Shown here: in pieces, positions 55,710 through 62,623 of the stretch
Position numbering within the stretch: the first letter of the stretch is position 1
How the letters are laid out: every line of letters begins with the position of its first letter
IMG/VR virus record: IMGVR_UViG_3300043418_000114
Location: 1 to 64,000 of that record
Length of the DNA stretch: 64,000 nucleotides
Reading direction: 5' to 3' (one strand)
The notes under the pieces: model-generated
Told to the model about the DNA's origin: nothing
The model's input: only the letters and a program-made list of their open reading frames with translations
Databases searched by the model: none
Translations under genes and position numbers: made by a program

Positions 55710-56134
55710 ATATGACTGACAATGAATTGATTGATTACACTATTAAATTTGACAACGACCCTGTTCGTGTCAGACTTGCCACGTACATGGAGCGTCATCC
55801 AGGTGCCATTCTAGATGACCTTGAACGAGCAGGCATGGACGAAACGTGGTGCACCTTTCGTAGTGTCGTAACATGCACTGAATATCTTCCCGGTCAATAC
55901 ATCAGTCACCTTGAAAATGAAATTGAGTACTTACAAGAACAACTAAAGCAAGCACATGATGAAATTGAAGAAATGAAACCAATGAAGGTCAGTGATTTGA
56001 TTTCTCAATTGCGTGAAGCAATCACTACAGAGAAACATAGCAGAGAACGAGCAGAAAACAAGCGTTGGCAAGCAGAAAAAGAGCGTGAAGATATGAAAAA
56101 CAAGCTCGACATGTGGGCGATATTGAATCGATGA
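55706..56134 (+). CDS. coiled-coil hypothetical protein interrupting the array
   Basis: no LRW tail; long helical C-terminus. Confidence 0.7.
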   Translation: MNMTDNELIDYTIKFDNDPVRVRLATYMERHPGAILDDLERAGMDETWCTFRSVVTCTEYLPGQYISHLENEIEYLQEQLKQAHDEIEEMKPMKVSDLISQLREAITTEKHSRERAENKRWQAEKEREDMKNKLDMWAILNR

Positions 56135-56355
56135 ACATCAAGGTAAAAGAGCTAATGCGTGAATGGTTCGAAGAAGAAGAACTCAATAATAAGTACTGGC
56201 CCTATCAGTATGCAGTCAAAGACTGGCAACATATCCATATGGTTGAACGATTCTGTTATGGCAATTTCAAAAGCAAGAACTGGCGCAATCGTGGCAGATA
56301 CTTTGGATTCAAACGCAAACAAGACTATGAGTGGTTCTTACTGAGATGGCTATGA
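56131..56355 (+). CDS. LRW-array protein
   Basis: ends FGFKRKQDYEWFLLRWL. Confidence 0.8.
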   Translation: MNIKVKELMREWFEEEELNNKYWPYQYAVKDWQHIHMVERFCYGNFKSKNWRNRGRYFGFKRKQDYEWFLLRWL

Positions 56356-56537
56356 AGCAGTATGGTCTTGCTATCGAACGTTGGACTTGGCAACACAAGC
56401 GCGAAGTTAAAATGTGGCTTGTTGAAAACTTTGGAGTCAATGGAGGTCGCTGGGGCGAACAGCCAGACTATGGTTTAGAAAATCTTTGGATGGACGAAGA
56501 TGTTTATATGATGTACTTACTGCGATGGCAAAGTTAA
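56352..56537 (+). CDS. LRW-array protein
   Basis: ends MDEDVYMMYLLRWQS. Confidence 0.75.
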   Translation: MKQYGLAIERWTWQHKREVKMWLVENFGVNGGRWGEQPDYGLENLWMDEDVYMMYLLRWQS

Positions 56538-56773
56538 AATCATTCAAGGGCAATCTGATGACTCACAAACATCGAGGTCATCGTTGGACTGTGAGAGTCG
56601 CTGGCAAAATCGATGATGAAGTTTTCAACTGGTTAAGTGATAACTGGGGTGAAGAAGATTTTGAAAATGGTCCCTGGGCTAAAATGTATTCAGCCTGGGA
56701 TTATCATGGTCACGCCACTTATGATGTGACTGATCCTAAGATTATTACTATGATGAAATTGAGGTTTGAATAA
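56525..56773 (+). CDS. LRW-array protein
   Basis: ends VTDPKIITMMKLRFE. Confidence 0.7.
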   Translation: MAKLKSFKGNLMTHKHRGHRWTVRVAGKIDDEVFNWLSDNWGEEDFENGPWAKMYSAWDYHGHATYDVTDPKIITMMKLRFE

Positions 56774-57057
56774 TGGAATACTTTTATGGTGGGGGCGGGA
56801 ACAATCGCCCCGTTTTTACATACAGATTCAAAGTAAAAAAGTGTACTAATGAAATGTACAAGTGGGCAGAAGCATATCCTGAGAAGGGTCCTTTCAGTCG
56901 TTGGCACGTTGAGTGGGCAGGTGCTTATAGCAAAATGGACAGTCCTAGAGAATATGATGTGGTACAGTTTGAACACAGCGAAGCCGCTAAGATATTCAGA
57001 ATCGCATTCGCAGGTGAGTATGAAGATATCACCATGAAAGAATATAAACTTGATTAG
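56773..57057 (+). CDS. LRW-array protein (divergent)
   Basis: QFEHSEAAKIFRIAF plus short extension. Confidence 0.7.
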   Translation: MEYFYGGGGNNRPVFTYRFKVKKCTNEMYKWAEAYPEKGPFSRWHVEWAGAYSKMDSPREYDVVQFEHSEAAKIFRIAFAGEYEDITMKEYKLD

Positions 57058-57268
57058 TGTTAGGATTGAGCGAGATAAACCCGACGAGATAATGGAACTC
57101 GTTAGAGACCTACGTAAGAGAGGGTACGCACAGGGAATAGACTTTGACTTTAAGTTTATACCGGCTGAGATTGACCATAAAAGCTATCAAGTTATTAACA
57201 AAAAGCATACAATGTTTATATTCTATAAAGAGGAAATTGCCACATGGTTCACGCTACTATATCAATAG
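57050..57268 (+). CDS. LRW-array protein
   Basis: TTG start; ends FYKEEIATWFTLLYQ. Confidence 0.65.
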   Translation: MISVRIERDKPDEIMELVRDLRKRGYAQGIDFDFKFIPAEIDHKSYQVINKKHTMFIFYKEEIATWFTLLYQ

Positions 57269-57528
57269 AACAAACACAACATCCAGATTTAGAAGATGAA
57301 CTGGCTAAGATTTTACAGGAAGAAATCGACTGGGAAATCTTAGCTGGTATGTTCGTAAAGATGGGTTGGATCATGATTGACTTGCCACGATTCCATGATA
57401 GATACGAAGCGGTTGATGTTGAATTGTGGATCGATGAAAATTGTAGTGGCAAACACATGAAGCGAGGCAAGACGTTTGTGTTTGAAAATAAACAAGACGC
57501 TGAATGGTTTAGTCTACGATGGCTATAA
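57244..57528 (+). CDS. LRW-array protein
   Basis: ends FENKQDAEWFSLRWL. Confidence 0.75.
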   Translation: MVHATISIEQTQHPDLEDELAKILQEEIDWEILAGMFVKMGWIMIDLPRFHDRYEAVDVELWIDENCSGKHMKRGKTFVFENKQDAEWFSLRWL

Positions 57529-57860
57529 AGATTGCGTGGGGCAGAAGCATAAACTTCAACATAGAGCTACACAAGGCACGTATGAGTTACAACGGCGCAA
57601 ACAAATTTAATCCTAGTCCAGGAAAGCAGTACATGGAATACACAATCATAACCGATGGTGCAGACTGCTACCCTTGGCACGAATACTTTGCTATCTTGCC
57701 ACGCAAGACAATTAGTGGCACTCGCATCTTCTGGGAGAAAGCATACAAGCGTAAAGTTTGGGTAGTATGGGGCACAGGCTTTCATATGGAACCAGAAACT
57801 CAATACGCAACTGCATTTGATTTATTAACACATGGCGATCAAAATACCTTTAAGACATGA
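57519..57860 (+). CDS. hypothetical protein interrupting the array
   Basis: WHEYFAILPRKTISGTRIFW; no LRW tail. Confidence 0.65.
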   Translation: MAIKIAWGRSINFNIELHKARMSYNGANKFNPSPGKQYMEYTIITDGADCYPWHEYFAILPRKTISGTRIFWEKAYKRKVWVVWGTGFHMEPETQYATAFDLLTHGDQNTFKT

Positions 57861-58056
57861 TACACTCACGGGTGAGCAACAGCAATGGCTTGCTCATAAC
57901 GTAGGACCACGTATGCACCATCTGCACAATAGCATTGGCGGTGAAGGCTGGCTAGCCAAGCAAGAGTGGGATCCAGAAATGGTGACTAGGCGATGGTATC
58001 TTACACTAGAAGACGATAAACTCGCCACATTTTTTACATTAAAGTTTTCATCATAA
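57832..58056 (+). CDS. LRW-array protein
   Basis: ends LEDDKLATFFTLKFSS. Confidence 0.7.
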   Translation: MAIKIPLRHDTLTGEQQQWLAHNVGPRMHHLHNSIGGEGWLAKQEWDPEMVTRRWYLTLEDDKLATFFTLKFSS

Positions 58057-58334
58057 TGGCTACAGTACCTCCCTTTCAAGATTATGACGATGACGATCCA
58101 GAGATAGAGTTTCGCAAGAAACGCTGGGACTACTGGTCGGCATTAAAGCTAGTTCGCAAAGAATACATAGAAACATTAGATCAACTAGCTGGTCAATTCG
58201 ATGCATATGATTTTGAAGATTACATAGAAGCAAACTACGGCATCAAGATGAACATTGTAGACGGTAACATCACTGATGGATATAAGATCATGGATGAAGC
58301 CAAGTACACGTTCTTTCTTTTAAAGTTTCAATAA
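58056..58334 (+). CDS. LRW-array protein
   Basis: ends IMDEAKYTFFLLKFQ. Confidence 0.75.
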   Translation: MATVPPFQDYDDDDPEIEFRKKRWDYWSALKLVRKEYIETLDQLAGQFDAYDFEDYIEANYGIKMNIVDGNITDGYKIMDEAKYTFFLLKFQ

Positions 58335-58591
58335 TGACATTCAGACAAATAGTTGATTATAACGATGTAGATGAACCCATCACATTTAGAAAGTTCAAGA
58401 AGACGGTGCATAACGGCACTGATTGGGAAGATATGATTTTCTATGAGATAAAAGAGAAGGTCTGGGATGCTCAGTCTTGGCTAAAAGAAAAATACGGTAA
58501 CCAAGTATACTGTAAAACTTGGTGGCAAACTCATACAAGTATTTGTATGTCCGAAAAGATTTACACACATTATGCTTTAAGTGTATTATAG
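58334..58591 (+). CDS. LRW-array protein (divergent)
   Basis: ends MSEKIYTHYALSVL. Confidence 0.65.
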   Translation: MTFRQIVDYNDVDEPITFRKFKKTVHNGTDWEDMIFYEIKEKVWDAQSWLKEKYGNQVYCKTWWQTHTSICMSEKIYTHYALSVL

Positions 58592-58607
58592 CATAAAGGA
58601 ATATATT

Positions 58608-59162
58608 ATGAGTACTCATGTAATGATAGACATTGAATCACTGCACACCTCACCAGACTGTGTGATTCTTACAATTGGTGCGGTATTGTTTGATCCATGT
58701 GGACAAGGCATGATCGACAAGATTGAAATCAGACCAACAATCGACGATCAAACAGAAGTTTATGATCGTAAAATTAATGATGACACGATTGCATGGTGGG
58801 GCAGACAGTCACCAGAAGCCATCGAGGAAGCACTAGGAGACCGAGACCGCGTTTCTTTTCCAGAAGCAATGGCGCAGTTACACAAGTTCTGCTGGAATCG
58901 TGCTAAGAGTCCCTGGAGCAACGGAGCAACATTCGACATTATCGTAATGGAGAATGCATTTCGTCAACTAGGCATGGTACCACCATGGAACTTCTGGGAT
59001 ATTCGTGACACGCGCACATTGTATGATGTTACTGGCGTTAAATTAAAAGACGGCGGACACGTTACTAGTCACAAAGCGGTAGAAGATGCAGAGCGCCAAG
59101 CAATTGTTGTACAACAAGGCTACATGAAATTAATGAAAGCAGGATTGGTCGCGCCGCGATGA
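58608..59162 (+). CDS. DEDDh 3'-5' exonuclease (DexA/Rv2179c-like)
   Basis: VMIDIESL, WSNGATFD, RDTRT, HKAVEDA. Confidence 0.88.
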   Translation: MSTHVMIDIESLHTSPDCVILTIGAVLFDPCGQGMIDKIEIRPTIDDQTEVYDRKINDDTIAWWGRQSPEAIEEALGDRDRVSFPEAMAQLHKFCWNRAKSPWSNGATFDIIVMENAFRQLGMVPPWNFWDIRDTRTLYDVTGVKLKDGGHVTSHKAVEDAERQAIVVQQGYMKLMKAGLVAPR

Positions 59163-59365
59163 TTAAAATCACAAAGCACCCACTTGAACGCAGAAGCTAT
59201 ATGCTCACTGCTGACGAAGATAAGACAACCAACCGCGAAGACTGGAAAGAACTTCAATCTTGGCTTAATGCGAACGCTAGTGGCTGGGTGCTTAACAGTG
59301 GCATACTAACTTTACCTAAAGAGTTGCCATCTATTGAAACATATTTTACACTGAGATTCGGATGA
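59159..59365 (+). CDS. LRW-array-like protein
   Basis: ends PSIETYFTLRFG. Confidence 0.65.
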   Translation: MIKITKHPLERRSYMLTADEDKTTNREDWKELQSWLNANASGWVLNSGILTLPKELPSIETYFTLRFG

Positions 59366-59568
59366 ACACCGCAGAGAACACTTGGAGACAAGTCGCAGGA
59401 CTTAAACCTATTCAATCCTGGAAGTGTCGTTTCGGCTGGCATCGATGGACCAGTTATGAAATAATTGAACGCAATGAATGGGGCGGTGTATACGCAAAAT
59501 GTAGTTGTGCCGATTGTGGATTACCTAGAGTAGAACAGCCATATACTTCACGTAAAGAGAAAAAATGA
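59362..59568 (+). CDS. small Cys/His protein
   Basis: CRFGWHRW...CSCADCG. Confidence 0.65.
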   Translation: MNTAENTWRQVAGLKPIQSWKCRFGWHRWTSYEIIERNEWGGVYAKCSCADCGLPRVEQPYTSRKEKK

Positions 59569-60137
59569 GAATTGATTCAGACATTGATATTGACTTTGGC
59601 AATAGAGAAGGCATTTTGCAACACATTACCCACGTTCGTGCGGCAATGCACAGTGTTAAGCCCTATAGACCACATAACACAGGCGTATATGTAACAGATG
59701 TGCCATATGACCCTATCAACAATATCTGTGCAATTGATTATAACGAGGCAGAAAAGCGAGGCTACTTTAAACTCGACTTTCTGAACGTACACGTTTATGA
59801 GAATGTCAGGGATGAAAAACATTTGATTGAGTTAATGAAAGATCCAGATTGGTCTAAGTTAAATGATCAATCATTCGTGGAGAAACTCATTCACTTGAAC
59901 AATCATTTCGCAACTATGAAAAAGATGCCAGAGCCAATTGATAGCATTCCACGACTGGCAATGTTTTTGGCCTTGATTCGTCCTGGCAAAAAGCATCTAG
60001 TCGGTAAGAAGTGGTACGAAGTTGGCCGAGAAGTATGGGACAAAGGCACTGACGGATATACATTCAAACAGGCACACGCAATTGCCTACGCACATTTAGT
60101 GGTAGTGCATATGAACTTATTAGGAGAAACAAAATGA
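59565..60137 (+). CDS. miniature DnaE-like (C-family polymerase catalytic core) protein
   Basis: SDIDIDF, HNTGVYV, GYFKLDFLNV, LALIRPG, YTFKQAHAIAYA. Confidence 0.75.
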   Translation: MRIDSDIDIDFGNREGILQHITHVRAAMHSVKPYRPHNTGVYVTDVPYDPINNICAIDYNEAEKRGYFKLDFLNVHVYENVRDEKHLIELMKDPDWSKLNDQSFVEKLIHLNNHFATMKKMPEPIDSIPRLAMFLALIRPGKKHLVGKKWYEVGREVWDKGTDGYTFKQAHAIAYAHLVVVHMNLLGETK

Positions 60138-60355
60138 ACTCAGCGGATATGGCAATGAATTTAATTCATCGTGCTAAGAACTTACAGGAATTTACAATCG
60201 AAGTTGATGTGCCAGATAACTTTAGATTTAACGGATTGATTCCGTTTGATATGACTATTGAGAATAACGTCATGTCGGCCAAAGTATATGGCTTGACGTT
60301 TGAAGAAGCTCTTGCTACTTTTGACAAGTACTTGTCAGAAAATACAGATTTCTAA
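60134..60355 (+). CDS. hypothetical protein
   Basis: AGGAG RBS; 73 aa. Confidence 0.7.
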   Translation: MNSADMAMNLIHRAKNLQEFTIEVDVPDNFRFNGLIPFDMTIENNVMSAKVYGLTFEEALATFDKYLSENTDF

Positions 60356-60732
60356 GGCATTTTGCGTACAAGCGTAATACTCTTACGCTTGCTTCTACGC
60401 TTATTAAGCTCGGCCATGCTACAAATTGGACCATGAACAACAACAAGACTTTTATTGTTGAACGTTCGCAGATAGGGCTTGAAAATAGCCCATTCTTCTT
60501 TCAGAAACAGATTGATAGGTATCAGTCTATTGCTTTCCCACCACCAAACATCGCCTAATTCAAGGAACTTTTCCTTAACAACAGGATCAATGATAGATCC
60601 ATAGTCATATATAGTCGTGACCATGTCATCACGATTCTGCACGATGCCGACGTAATCTTGGTTGGCATATGAGCAAACAGTGATGAAAGGGTGATTTTCT
60701 GTTAATTTCTGAAAAAATTCGTTATGAATCAT
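60352..60732 (-). CDS. hypothetical late protein
   Basis: 126 aa on minus strand with TAAATA upstream. Confidence 0.75.
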   Translation of the reverse strand: MIHNEFFQKLTENHPFITVCSYANQDYVGIVQNRDDMVTTIYDYGSIIDPVVKEKFLELGDVWWWESNRLIPINLFLKEEWAIFKPYLRTFNNKSLVVVHGPICSMAELNKRRSKRKSITLVRKMP

Positions 60733-60754
60733 TATGATTATAGTTATCTTGGAG

Positions 60755-60760
60755 TATTTA
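60755..60760 (-). promoter_or_regulatory. late promoter core TAAATA (divergent pair, left)
   Basis: CTAAATA on minus strand. Confidence 0.5.
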
Positions 60761-60783
60761 GCAAGCCTCTAAACCATAAAGAA

Positions 60784-60789
60784 TAAATA
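60784..60789 (+). promoter_or_regulatory. late promoter core TAAATA (divergent pair, right)
   Basis: GAATAAATA upstream of 60814. Confidence 0.5.
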
Positions 60790-60813
60790 GATATATCATA
60801 TCGGAAATAATCA

Positions 60814-61596
60814 ATGGCCTACAACACTTCAGTTTTTGTTTATACACAACGTCAAATAGTGGTCCTGTTGTCAGGCTTTTCACCTAGGAGCTATATGCCA
60901 GTTTATGCTAAACCATTGACCTTACACAAAGGCGTCGATAATCAACTTCAATTCCAGTTTCTTAATCAGGAACAGAAGCCAGTCGATATTACTGGTGTCA
61001 CTATTACATGTCGAATCTTGAATTATCAAGGTAACCAAGTTTTATTGGAAAAAGCATTAACCCCAGGCTTGACAGTAAATGGTCTTTGTTCATTGTTTAC
61101 CAGTCCCGCAGACTTGATGGATATTGACGCTCAAAAGTGCTACTATACACTAGAAATCCCAGTTGGATCATTTGATTTCCCTGTTTTTGTTGATCAAAAC
61201 GCGGGCGGGCGTGGCGACTTGAATATTGTCAATAGTATTCTACCTAGTTTCGTGCCATCAGATAAGATTACTATCCCAACATCACAAGTATTTCCAAATA
61301 CAAACCCAGATGCCAATGGACCGTCATCTAATGCTCAGACAGTTACCTATTTTTCTAGTGTAATTACCACTGATGATAATCCAATTACCACTATACAAAC
61401 TGAGTTTATTCAGTATTCTGGTAATGTGTTGATTGCTGGTTCTACTGTAGTTGACAATGATTGGTATCCAATCGAGTTGCATCAGTATTCTAACATCACT
61501 GAAACACATGGCTATGTAATTCACGGATATCACCCTTATATTCGCATGACATTCGAATCAAACGCAGGTGCGGTCACCAACATCTTGGCAAGATAA
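60814..61596 (+). CDS. probable virion structural protein
   Basis: 260 aa beta-rich, late promoter; LHKGVDNQLQFQFLNQEQKPVDI. Confidence 0.55.
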   Translation: MAYNTSVFVYTQRQIVVLLSGFSPRSYMPVYAKPLTLHKGVDNQLQFQFLNQEQKPVDITGVTITCRILNYQGNQVLLEKALTPGLTVNGLCSLFTSPADLMDIDAQKCYYTLEIPVGSFDFPVFVDQNAGGRGDLNIVNSILPSFVPSDKITIPTSQVFPNTNPDANGPSSNAQTVTYFSSVITTDDNPITTIQTEFIQYSGNVLIAGSTVVDNDWYPIELHQYSNITETHGYVIHGYHPYIRMTFESNAGAVTNILAR

Positions 61597-61610
61597 TTCA
61601 ACCACAACCG

Positions 61611-61639
61611 TTGAATTATTAATAGCTAAGTGTTATACT
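61611..61639 (+). promoter_or_regulatory. sigma70-type promoter for primase
   Basis: TTGAAT-N17-TATACT. Confidence 0.65.
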
Positions 61640-61645
61640 GTATAG

Positions 61646-62623
61646 ATGTTTGATATACTATCAATAATACCCGGCAAGAAAAAGCACACTTCTAGCGGAT
61701 GGACGAGTTTTAATGCCATCTGCTGTAGTCACTTTGGCCATAAATCCGATCGTAGAATGCGGGGCGGTATTAAGTTCGATGGTCAACACAATTGGTCGTT
61801 TCATTGCTTTAACTGCGGGTTCAAGTGCAACTTTACACTGGGTCGTACTATTAGTACGAAGACCAGACAATTATTGTCATGGTGTGGCATTGACGAACTA
61901 GAAATCCAACGCTGGAATCTAGAGAGTCTACAACACAAAGACCTATTAGATTTCATTCAACCAAAGAAGCGCAAAAAGATCAAGTTCACTGAGCATCAAT
62001 TGCCAATGGGTGAACTAGTTGACAAAAACAACTCACAGCACAAAGTATACGTAGACTATCTCGCCTCTAGGAAGATAGATAGTAGTGATTATCCCTTCTT
62101 AATCACCCCGAATGAGCGGGGCAGAATGAATTCACGTGTCGTCATCCCTTATACATACAAGGGAAAGATTGTAGGACACACATCTAGATTCTTAGACAAC
62201 AAAGTACCAAAGTATATCAACGAACAACAGCCTGGCTATGTCTTTAACATTGACATGCAAAAGGATGAATGGCAAGTTTGCATACTCACCGAGGGTATTT
62301 TTGATGCATTGGCAATCGACGGTGTTGCAGTCATGCACGACGACATAAGCAATGAACAAGCCGAATTACTATCAACCTTAAATCGTCAAATCATCGTAGT
62401 ACCAGATCGAGACAAAACTGGCATGAAGATGATAGACAGAGCGTTGGCGCTGGGATATCAAGTTAGTCTGCCTGATTGGGATGCAGGAGTCAAAGACGTT
62501 AATGATGCAGTGGTCAAGTACGGCAAGATCCAGACCATTTTGAGTATCTTGCAGACAGCTACAAATAGTAAAATAAAGATAGAATTACAGAGGAAGAAAA
62601 TTGGCAAACAAAACGGCTTCTAA
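61646..62623 (+). CDS. DNA primase (gp61-like)
   Basis: zinc-binding NAICC..HCFNCG; TOPRIM LTEGIFDA, VPDRDKTG, KDVND. Confidence 0.9.
   Translation: MFDILSIIPGKKKHTSSGWTSFNAICCSHFGHKSDRRMRGGIKFDGQHNWSFHCFNCGFKCNFTLGRTISTKTRQLLSWCGIDELEIQRWNLESLQHKDLLDFIQPKKRKKIKFTEHQLPMGELVDKNNSQHKVYVDYLASRKIDSSDYPFLITPNERGRMNSRVVIPYTYKGKIVGHTSRFLDNKVPKYINEQQPGYVFNIDMQKDEWQVCILTEGIFDALAIDGVAVMHDDISNEQAELLSTLNRQIIVVPDRDKTGMKMIDRALALGYQVSLPDWDAGVKDVNDAVVKYGKIQTILSILQTATNSKIKIELQRKKIGKQNGF

Noticed and set aside
51174-59365. Array considered as a CRISPR array, integron or DGR target set
   Set aside because: No regularly spaced identical DNA repeats, no attC-like palindromes, no integrase or reverse transcriptase in the window, and no template/variable repeat pair differing only at adenines.
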